This document shows, in pieces, positions 35,501-44,623 of a DNA stretch of 64,000 nt. The notes beneath the pieces are model-generated. The model had not been told where the DNA came from, did not search any database, and saw only the letters and a list, made by a program, of their open reading frames with translations. The stretch spans positions 3,105,303 to 3,169,302 of the forward strand of contig CAJINV010000008.1 of NCBI GenBank assembly GCA_905178155.1, written 5' to 3'. Every line of letters starts with the position of its first letter. Positions within the stretch are counted from its first letter, which is position 1. This stretch comes from Amoebophrya sp. A120 (Eukaryota; Protista; Dinoflagellata). Position numbers and translations under genes: made by a program.

Positions 35501-38500
35501 CGCCTGAAGAAGCGAGCACCCGATTGAATTTGCGACGCAACTAACAAAAGCGCAAGTGGGTAGCTTCCCTACGCGTCTCCCATTTTTACAAATCCAACAT
35601 AGACTGCTACGCTGTTTCGCCCTTCGAGAATTCGCCACGCGAAGCAGCTTGGTCGTGTGGTGGCTCAGGCTAATGGTAATGGCGATTTTGCGTGGCAAAC
35701 GCAAATCACATAACAGCTGACGATGTAGCAACGCTTGCGAGTTCCATAGGAGGCACGTCGACGCGTTGCGCCGCGGAACGAAGAACATCCAGGACGCCCG
35801 ACGGCAACGGGACCAGCCGCTGGTCAAGAAACATCTCGCAGAGTTCGACGACAGCTATCCTGTGCGAAAACGTCCTCGCCCCATAGTTGTCATGCAGCAA
35901 ATCTGCATGCTCAAAATGTTTCTCATGCGGAACCCCATGAGAAAGAGAAGCATTTCCTACTCCTAGTCGACGCGTTTTGGAATTTGTAATGCTCCATTCA
36001 GCATAATAAGTAGTAGGCTAGATTTGTGATGCTGCTGAACGACCTAAACACCAGCACTACACTACGAGACCAAACTTGTCATTCGCAACAACCTAAGCCT
36101 ATTCATTGATTTGCCCAGCAGATTTTCCATCTTGACTATGGGGTGGGGATGTTTTCACTGAGGATAACAGCCTTTCAAAATACATCCCTGTTCTGATGGG
36201 CCAGGCCAAGATCTACTGGGAAAAGGAAAAATATGGCGAAGTAGAGAAACTCTTCCGCCAGAGCGCCGAGTACTGCTCTGATGACGAATCTTGGAAGCTG
36301 AACGTTTATCAAAATGAAAAGTGCCCCACCACCAGAAGACCTCCGCACAGCCTGCATTGCAAGCGCTCCAAATGACCGTAGAGCTTTCTCCCTCTCTTCT
36401 TGAGCGCAGTAAGTCGTACTCTGCAAAACGAAGATAAACAGTGCGGAATCCGCGCATCCATCAGTGCGGAGCTGGCGGCTGTACTTGAGTTGCACCATCA
36501 GAAGTGCGAAACTTTCGCGACTGGGCGTACCGTCTTCAAATCAAATCTCATTGCCCAGTGAATAAATGAGTGACTGCATGAAGAGATGAAACAAAAACGC
36601 AACGCGTTTCGTTATATAATCTAGACCGGTACTATGCAACTCAGACCTGAACCTGATTGACATCACTTACAGTGTGGTGCTATGGTGCCACAGAGACTCA
36701 CTCCCGCTACTCTGGCTTGCAAATTTGTCATGCTATAACACGCAAGAAAGCTGCGGTGGCAAGTGTTTACATTGCGAACTTTTGCAGTGCAAAAAGTTCC
36801 ACATTCTGGGAGGGGGGCGGCACCTTTATTCAAAATGATAAAGCTGCGCACGTGTTCTTCATGCAAGAGAAGTTCAAGGACAGCATACGGTACTACGAAC
36901 CTTTCGTACGCATATGCATGGCAAATCTGTCTCAATCCGGAACATGGCAGCTTGTAATGCTATTCAAGCTGGACCACGATACATAGCATCTGTGTTGTAT
37001 GAACGCCGAAAACTTGCCCACTTTCTTGTGTTCCATCTATTACAAAGTGGCGTCTTCTTGTTACGCGGGACAGTAGGCGTTGAAAAATTCTCGCAAAATG
37101 AATATCTGCAATGTGGTTTTGTTTGCATTCCAGAGCAACATCTGCGTCGTGCAAAAGATGCATGGCGTTGCTTCTGCATTTATCTCGCAATGGAATTGCA
37201 ATTATTGCAAACGGGGATGCATGACCTACAGGGTCACTTTTCCAGACCCGGACATATTTGCACTCGATAACGCAAGCACCAGGACAACCTGCTTTCTGTC
37301 ACCGCAATTATCCTGGCGAATCTGTGCGTCAGCTACGTTATGACCAGCGCAAACGAGGAGGCGGAGGAACTGATGCGCCTGGTCGAAAAAGAAGAGGAAC
37401 AAAAGGACCCGACGAAGCCGGTTTACCACCTGTGCATCATAAACCTGGTAATATCGTAAGAAAAAAGTGTCTCACTGTAACGAGTTCTGCAAGATCTATT
37501 GCGATCACTAGTCGTTCTCGTTGTTCTACATGACAAAGAAAATTTGCAACGCATGTTCAAAACACAGGAACTCGAATGAAAATGAATTCAGTATCTATGT
37601 ATACATGTGCAGCCGGTCCGGAGGACAAACACTCCTGCGTTCGCGTTCCATTTTATCATGAGTGACAAGTTTACAGCGAAACACTTTTTTCTTGCGATAG
37701 GTGATCGGCACACTGTACTGCGCCAAGGGCAATTTCGAGTTTGGTATCTCTCGGATCATCAAATCGCTGGACCCGCTGGAGCGAAAACTCGGCGTGGATA
37801 CTTGGTATAAGGGAATTGATTGTGGGGAACAAGAAAAATCTCAATCCCAGGAGCTCCTCCACTAAATTTACATGTACTTAGTTAGTATACGTAAAATAAA
37901 AAAGTGCACTCGAGGGTGCTGATTTGTCGCCACAAGTCAGGTTGATGCATTGACATTGTTGAAGAAAGTAAGGCAAAAATGCGCGAGCCACTTTCTTGTA
38001 GGCCGTCAATCCTTCTTCGGCTTCGGCTTGTGGCACAGCAGAGGATTTATAGAACACGCAATTCCAAACAGCTTGATACGTATCTACTTCTTTACAAACA
38101 GCGACCCTCGTTACCGTCCTTGTGCGATATCGAGACCAGGACGAAGCCAAAACGAAGCCAGGCGGGCAGCTTTGAAAAGCGCCCGCCTGTGTTGAAAGTT
38201 TTATTTCCGATGATGATCCTCCGAAAAGTTTCGAGGGCTCCCCGCCTTTGGGCCTCCCTCTGTTGCCTGCAAGGCGGGGCGCCCTTTGTGCCGCGTGTTC
38301 TGTGCCGCGCGTTCATTGGCCCCGGGCGCGTCCGTCGCGTTGTGCATGTGGAAGAGCCTGCGACGCGGCGTGCCGTCGGGCTCAATTTTTGAGCCGCATG
38401 GCAGTACAAACGCGAAAAAGCGCTGGCCGTCGCAAGGCTTTGAGTGTTTCGCATGCCAAGGGGGCGGCGCCGCCTTCGTTTTGCCTGGTGCCAGCTGGTT

Positions 38501-41178
38501 TCCCTGGTAAGCTCCAGCGCCTGGCGCAGTGTCTGCATGCGGGGAAGCGCCGGGCGCATGGGGGGGGCTCCCGGAAGGCGGGGCCCCGCGCGTCTCGTCC
38601 CGGGCATCGGGCGGGCTCGCGAGTGGGGCGGGTCGCGCGCCACCGGGAAAAACGAAGGGGCCCCCTCTTTTTGTAGGAAAAGCGCGCAGGCGCCGTGCCC
38701 CGGGCTGGAAGTGCACGCGCCTCCCGCTCGCATTGGCGCGCCCTGCGCGGGCCTGCTTCCGCGAGGGCCAAAATGTTGAAGGTATGCATGGCGACCGCGA
38801 GAGAGGCCATGTGCGTGGCTGCTCATTTTAGGGCCTTCTCCCCTGCCTGCTCGCTGGCCCGGGCCCCTCGATACCTTCGCCCCACCCGGGCGCCGCGGCG
38901 AAGCAACCCGGGCCCGGCCCTCCCATTGTTTGGTCTCTCTTTTGCAGAATAGGCAGTCGCCTGGCGGCAGGCACCCTCCCACCCGGCCGCCCGCAAGCCA
39001 GAGCCAGCGAGGCCTGGGAGAAAGAATTTATAGAACACGCAATTCCAAACAGCTTGATACGTATCTACTTCTATGCCCCTGAGCAGGCTTGCAGACCGGT
39101 TGACGGATGAAAACCAAATATTTCTTGCCAGAATGCAGATAAGAAATCTATCAATGGCCTGTGTCTAATTGCACAACTCCTCCTTCTGCTGACTGTTCCA
39201 CCTCGTCCCCCAGGTGGTGCGAGTATGATTTTCACCCACACCCCAGAAATTACTCTTGCATAGCATTGCGCGTGCTGATGTCCGTCTGGTCTCAGTGTGC
39301 GGAACAAGAGGAACCCCCCTTATTTTGATAGCCTTAGCCTGACCCTGATGCACTTCTTACGATTTGTATCTACACATAGTATGCCTAGAAAGGCGGAAGG
39401 GCAGCACAACTCGCATGATACACTCGCCGCGGTGCGGAATTTCAGATCTGCGTTGTTTAAAGCAAAAACCGGATCGCGTCTGTGCAGAAAATGCGCGACC
39501 GATGACATGAGATGATCAACAACCAACACGACTCTGTACTGATTTTAAATATTCTGCTCTGCTACGCGCTCATCACAAAACAGAAAAATACTGTGAACAG
39601 GCAACTGAATAAAGGAGTAGAAGGGGGGGCAGTTTGTGGTGTACTTTCAACCGAAAGAACACAAGGAAGTCCGGGTGTTTGATTTGTAAACTTTTTCTAC
39701 TTCAGGTACTACGCTAAGCGATGTTTCTATCCAAGAAAAAACTGTCACAGCATGCTTATGCACACTTTTGCTGGTTATTTTGGCTGTGATTCAGCAACAC
39801 AAGTGAATTCGGGCCTGGATCAAAACTACCTACGTAGACACAAAATCTGTAATGCCAATGCGCACATGATCATGATCTTGTTTCTCAAGGGAAAATAAAA
39901 ACGCATGAACCTGCGCTCCCCCTCCCCAGCTTCTCCCGCATGACAGAGCTTGTCCGTCTTGGTGGTCTTACGGCGTAAACTGTAACTTCTGTGGCACTTT
40001 TTTCACGGCATAGCTCCCTCGCGCTGGGAGAGACCTTGTCGAAGAACATGATTCTGCTGAAAGACGAGGCGTTTGAAGACATTTTGACCTTTTTCGACTC
40101 CGTCGCGAGCTATGCATTGTAAATATATATGTAGTCCGGGTGCAGGAGCCCCCGGTCGAGAAAGATGTAAACTTGTGATGCGGAAAATTCGAAAACACGC
40201 AAAAACAAAATCTTGTGGTGCACAGTGAGCTAAAGATGGACGATTTGGTTTCCAAAAGATAGCACTTCTTTTGCAGATGACTGAAAGTGGACATGGAGAA
40301 CTGAAGCCTCCGCAGAGTGAATTTGTCATGCGCTGTGGGCATTCGTTCCTTCAGAAGCTTTAAGCTTCCCACAAAGAAACTGCACTACTTACAAGTGTCT
40401 GCCTTCTTGCTCCGGAGGACCCAGACATTTTTGCAGTTGAGACGAGCGCGGGGAAACACATAAACGCCAGTCTGAACCATATTGAGAGGAAAAATCCCCC
40501 CTCCCCATATCGAAACGGTATGTTTCCGAAAATTTGTCTTGCTGATTTGAGACCCCAAATCAAGTCTGTCTTGCAAGAAGACAACGCCGCAGGCTCTGCC
40601 GCACTATGCAGGCGGTTTGTCATGCTGTTGGGCCTACAGCATAGACGTTTCTCATGCTAAGCGCCTAGGCCAAAAGCTCTCTACTCAGGCTTGGCAGGAG
40701 CCTGCAGTCCTCGCCAGCAAGACAGATCTGATTTGAGTACGCAAATCCAGCATCAGAAACTTCGTTTTGATATGGGGAGGGGGGATTTTTCCTTTTGATG
40801 AACCACCTTGACCGAGATGACAAGACCAAAACCGTTGCGATATCCTGAGTAAAAACGTACCCACACCAGAGTTGTAATGCAAATCTGCATGCTGAAAATG
40901 TTTCTCATGCGGAGCCCCATGGGAAGCATTCTCCAATCGTGTTTTGCAATTTGTCATGCTCCAATCAGCATGGTATGCTAGATCTGTGATGCTGCTGAGC
41001 TAGCTCAAACAGCACTACACTACGAATCCAAATTTGTCATGCAAAACAGCCAAAGCTTGTGGATTTGTCTAGCCGATTCCCCAACTTGACTATGGTGTGG
41101 GTACGTTTTTACTCAGGATATGCGAGGGAAGCCCGACTGCTAAAGAAATTTTTTCTGAAAATCAGTCAAGATTTTTGA
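32600..41178 (+). CDS. IFT70: Intraflagellar transport protein IFT70 / TTC30 / DYF-1 / fleer (TPR protein), 16 exons, 658 aa
   Basis: Exons 32600-32642, 32977-33033, 33303-33813, 34099-34481, 34790-34872, 35197-35280, 35754-35855, 36172-36306, 36846-36912, 37275-37451, 37705-37804, 39706-39727, 40018-40110, 40448-40479, 40806-40840, 41126-41178 total 1977 nt with consistent phases. Family motifs: IIEKGVREHPELAVG, LVEAFNLKAAIEY, DMPPREESELDQVTLHNLAL, PPETFVNLLLLYCKY, WKLNVAHVFFMQE, LANLCVSYVMTSANEEAEELMR, HLCIINLVIGTLYCAKGNFEFGISRIIKSL, DTWYYAKRCF. Confidence 0.97.
32643..32971. mobile_element. Introner family A, IFT70 intron 1
   Basis: DR GGTGT/GGTGT; also readable as GT-AG 32639-32972. Confidence 0.96.
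33034..33297. mobile_element. Introner family B, IFT70 intron 2
   Basis: DR GTACA/GTACA; taccaaatgcaaaaacgtctgggtctggaaga ... tcttccagacccagacactgttttacatttgata. Confidence 0.96.
33814..34093. mobile_element. Introner family B, IFT70 intron 3
   Basis: DR GGTCC/GGGCC; tatgcatcgcaaatatgt ... acatatttgcatttgata. Confidence 0.93.
34482..34784. mobile_element. Introner family B, IFT70 intron 4
   Basis: DR GCTAT/GCTGT; joins NLLLL/YCKY. Confidence 0.93.
34873..35191. mobile_element. Degenerate introner, IFT70 intron 5
   Basis: DR CTCAG/CACAG; tatggcttgttcagatg ... cacctgcgcagtctata; joins YLNPQ/EFEFLD. Confidence 0.85.
35281..35748. mobile_element. Introner (TATGGA-type, 468 bp), IFT70 intron 6
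   Basis: DR GGAAG/GGAGG; tatggagttttcacagcgcgttacat ... atgtagcaacgcttgcgagttccata. Confidence 0.9.
35856..36166. mobile_element. Introner family C, IFT70 intron 7
   Basis: DR ACAGC/ACAGC; joins EFDDS/LSKYIPVLM. Confidence 0.95.
36307..36840. mobile_element. Introner (534 bp), IFT70 intron 8
   Basis: DR ACGTT/AAGCT; tatcaaaatgaaaagtgcc ... ggcacctttattcaaaatgata; joins WKLNV/AHVFF. Confidence 0.9.
36913..37269. mobile_element. Introner family B, IFT70 intron 9
   Basis: DR ACGCA/ACGCA; joins EPFVR/KHQDNLL. Confidence 0.94.
37452..37699. mobile_element. Introner family D, IFT70 intron 10
   Basis: DR GGTAA/GGTGA; tatcgtaagaaaaaagtgtctcactgtaa ... ttacagcgaaacactttttttcttgcgata. Confidence 0.95.
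37805..39705 (+). other. Canonical GT-AG intron (1.9 kb), IFT70 intron 11
   Basis: TG/GTATAAG ... ctttttctacttcag/G TAC TAC GCT AAG CGA restores DTWYYAKRCF. Confidence 0.9.
38045..39072. repeat. 934-bp GC-rich insertion bounded by a perfect 47-bp direct repeat
   Basis: atttatagaacacgcaattccaaacagcttgatacgtatctacttct at 38045-38091 and 39026-39072. Confidence 0.9.
39728..40012. mobile_element. Introner family D, IFT70 intron 12
   Basis: DR GTTTC/GCTCC; tatccaagaaaaaactgtcacag ... ctgtggcactttttttcacggcata; joins KRCF/LALGE. Confidence 0.9.
40111..40442. mobile_element. Introner family B, IFT70 intron 13
   Basis: DR CGAGC/CGAGC; right end acccagacatttttgcagttgaga. Confidence 0.9.
40480..40800. 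mobile_element. Introner family A, IFT70 intron 14
   Basis: DR AACCA/AACCA; tattgagaggaaaaatcccccctccccatatc ... gatatggggaggggggatttttccttttgatg. Confidence 0.95.
40841..41120. mobile_element. Introner family C, IFT70 intron 15 (perfect 28-bp TIR)
   Basis: DR TGCGA/TGCGA; tatcctgagtaaaaacgtacccacacca and its exact reverse complement. Confidence 0.97.
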
Positions 41179-44034
41179 CCTCAACATGGGTCGAAGCATG
41201 TCTTCTTTCCGTACTTGAGTGCGTTTTTGCACGGATACATCTGGACGCATGATCCGCCCAGTGCAGGTAGTACTTCAGTAGATCGAAACAGTGAGGAGTT
41301 TCAACACCGAGCAGCTCATCTTTCTCAATCTAAAACTACGTCATCTCCGGTTTTGTTTTCAGAGCGAAAGACTTTCGAGGCGATGCGCCTTTTGTGAAAA
41401 TACTCTTCACAAATTATAATACAGTGGCCGAACTTCTGCTGCAAGATCTGAGTCGTGCATTCGAAGGGGAATGCGAATATTCGAGACTGTGAGTGTCACA
41501 TCAGACTCTGAGGAAAACGAAACCGGACAAAATAAGCAATATGCTTCCGCCGGATAAGCTTCCTTGCACCGAAAGTAGCTGAAGGTAGCCATGTCATTAT
41601 GATTATGACTCTCATTTATAGCACTTACTCTTTCTCTTGCTCACAAGGCAACATAAACCCTCGTGGTGAGTGAGCACTGCGCTGGCTGAGGACTCACTGG
41701 CGCGACTAGGATGGCCTGAGATATTCTCGTCCTCGCGAAATGGACTCAGGTGTACGACAAGACGCAGCGGCTCCAGTCAAAAAACATGATGAAGAGGAAG
41801 TTGGCTGAATATAAAAAAGAACCAAAAATACTTAATAAAAAAGTGTGTGTGCGACTGCTCTCGCACCAGCGCGCGCCAGCTCAATGCCTGCGAAACCGTC
41901 TCCGGCGCTCTGCGGGCCCGGGTCGTCGTCGTTGTTACATTTTAGCGCATATACACGTCGGCGAAAGCGAGTCGGCGCCCTCGTTTTGCTTCTCGGCCTC
42001 GGAATGACACGGATCCGCCCGCCTCCGCGACCGGTTTGTATTTCTTTTGTGCGCCCGTGCATAAAGGCTTCTGGTTGTTCTGCGCCCACCAGATAACGTA
42101 GTGGATAGTCTTTTCGATGAATAGATTAGCCACTACGTAGGACATCATCCGCCAGCAATCCGTCCTACGGTCACTAGTCCTGACTCGGAACGAATTGCGT
42201 CAGTGCGCCATATCAGAAGCCTCCTGACCGTGGCATCGGTTCCGGCGCCACTTTTCGTCAAGTGGCAGCGAGCCCATCTGTCGGGCACACGACACACACG
42301 ACTGCCCTTCCCTGCTGTACTTGCACGAAGAGCGGACCCATCCAAAGGCCCGCTGAGGAGTCGGCCCGTTGCTGTTGCGTGAGCGAGGGTCCCTGGCGCG
42401 GATTCCCGCCAGGCGACGGATTAAGTAATCTTCCCTGCTTTTGCCCACCGTAGATGAACTACGTAGCGCTCGCCAAAAACTATGCCGCTGTGGCTCAGCA
42501 TTGGTAGATCTGAGAACAGAGCCCAAGCGTCAACATCGTTTCAGGCCCACGCCACCTTTGAGACCAAGGCGGAGGGGGCGGCGCTAGAAGTCTAACCAAT
42601 AGAGTTTTGACAGTTTTGATACTTTGGCGCTGAAGCCATGGATTGCACAGATGTTCAAAACGCGGCAAACTCCTTGCGCCGGAGATTTCTGCTATTTCAA
42701 CAAGGCTGCACTCGTCGTGGACTTCGCGAAGAACACCGCGCACGCAGGATTAGCGCGGGGCTTAGTTTGTGAGTGCGGTATTAATCAAAGCGCTTTTGTT
42801 CGTCTGCTGCTCCGCGGCTAGTTTATTGCTTATGCTTTATCTAGTTAGAAAGAGTAATATCATGACGCAGGAATGGCGTGAGTTGTTGGTCTTCGATTAT
42901 ATTCAACAAAAAAGTGGAAGAACGTATTGAGTTCACGAGCGTTCATCTATTCTGGTGGCAGCGGGTTTTTCGCCCTGCGAATACAGCCAGAAAAACGACC
43001 ATAAATTTTGATGTGGCTTGGGCTGGTTCTTTGCGATTTTTTTCAAAAATTGCCCGCAGCCTTGATTGTGCAGGCACGTCGCACCGAACTCGAATCGTGC
43101 CGCCATTCTATCAAAAAAGTATGTGAGGACGCAGAAAAGCAGGCAAAACCGGTGCCCAGCGTCGGGGGCGCGAAGTGTTTTACATTCTGGGTTCCAACGT
43201 AGGGGCACCGAAGAAAAAGCCGTGTAATGAAAAGCGGCGAACTGGCCAAATTGGGATCATGCTGACCCACCTCTAAAGGCCGCAAAAGCGGCCACCTCCA
43301 ACGTCGGCCATTTCAATTTGGGCAGCAGGAGGGTAGCGTCAGCAGCATCTGTCGAGCTCGAAACTAATATTTTCAGATAATCAGCTCACCATAGTGAGCT
43401 TGCTCACACAAAGTGTGAGCATCAATGATCAACTCAACAGATAAAGACCAAAGACTTTTTTATGTAAAGCAAAGAAAGGCCCACTGAAAATGAAAATCGA
43501 AAGCCAGCCCGCACACTACTTCGCCGATTTTGAGCTCCCATTCTGGCGGGCGAGGATCTGTACGCTAATGGATGTTGAAGCAGGACTCCGCTCTTGTATG
43601 TCCCAAAGTCGCGAGATGTTGAAACAGGTCTGAACTGGGGGAAGCGAGCGTCAAAGCTGTTGGCCTTGAGCTAACGGGCTCATGCCCTCTCAGCCCTGGC
43701 TCGGTGGGCAGGCGGGGACGCGAGTCCCCGTATCGGTTTCGGAGACTTCAGGCCCTGAAGCCTTCAGGAGAAGCCTGCTAGCCTTCGCTCCAGATCTTAC
43801 TTCAGGCCTTACGAGACGGCCCCGGAGCCAGCCGCAGCCCTCCGCATGCGATTCAAAATGCCCCGTGGTGGAAGGGTGCGGAGAGTCAGGCGCGATGGCT
43901 CTACTCCTACTTTGGCAGCAGGCTAAAACCTTGCCGCTCGGGCTCGTTAATCTAAACGAAAACAACTAAAAGAGAAACTAAATGGAAAAAAAGGGGAAAA
44001 AAAACAAAATTTTACCTGAAAACTGAACGAAAAG

Positions 44035-44623
44035 TGACACGCAGTCAGACACGCACTCAGACAAAATTTTATACGGAAAACTCAAGGAAAAGTAACACGC
44101 AGTCAGACACGCACTCAGACACGCAGTGCGTGTGTGACTGCGTGTCACTGCGTGTCTCAGAATACCGTCGTAAAACAGACACGCAGGCACTGCGTGTCAG
44201 AGCATATGCTTGGGGAAGAAGAGGAGTTTTGATGGATTTTCTTTCTATGTATCTATAGAAAGGTATTCTGAGACACGCAGTCATTGCGTGTCTGTTTTAC
44301 AAGAACGGTATTCTGAGACACGCAGTGCGAAACTGCGTGTCTCCAGAATACCTTCGTAAAACAGAGACGCGGTCAGACACGCAGCCACTGCGTGTCTCAG
44401 AATATCGTTGTAAAACGTCGCGAAGAAGATCTCCTTCTATCTTCCCTCGACGTTATGATGAGACACGCAGTGACTGCGTGTCTGTTTTACAACGGACTTC
44501 CGGAGACAAACTGCGCATCCCAGAATTTCGTCGTGGAACGGACTGCGTGTCTGGTGCGTATCTGACTGCGTGTCTGATTGAGTGTCAAAAACACATCTCG
44601 TTGCGTGTCTGACTGCGTGTCTG
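44035..44623. repeat. Palindromic array of GACACGCAG/CTGCGTGTC units (foldback/MITE-like)
   Basis: Many copies of (tca)gacacgca(g), forward at the left end, reverse-complement at the right end and mixed in the middle. Confidence 0.85.

Noticed and set aside
6767-40957. Recurring peptides such as GKIPPPHIE, KMSGSG, PDPDIFA and WGGGIF in many listed ORFs, suggesting a repeated protein domain
   Set aside because: They are translations of family A/B TIRs read through from exons, not protein.
2084-41120. Assignment of the introners to a named DNA-transposon superfamily
   Set aside because: TAT...ATA ends with a 5-bp TSD do not clearly match a superfamily I can name, and no transposase is visible in the window.
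1-41178. Genome-wide reassignment of stop codons
   Set aside because: Multi-kb exons and all of IFT70 are stop-free with CAA/CAG for Gln and TGG for Trp; only two local stop clusters exist, reported separately.
31267-44623. CRISPR-like appearance of the two short-repeat arrays (31.3-31.7 kb and 44.0-44.6 kb)
   Set aside because: Units are 9-12 bp, in both orientations and irregularly spaced; there are no unique constant-length spacers or cas genes, and the context is eukaryotic.
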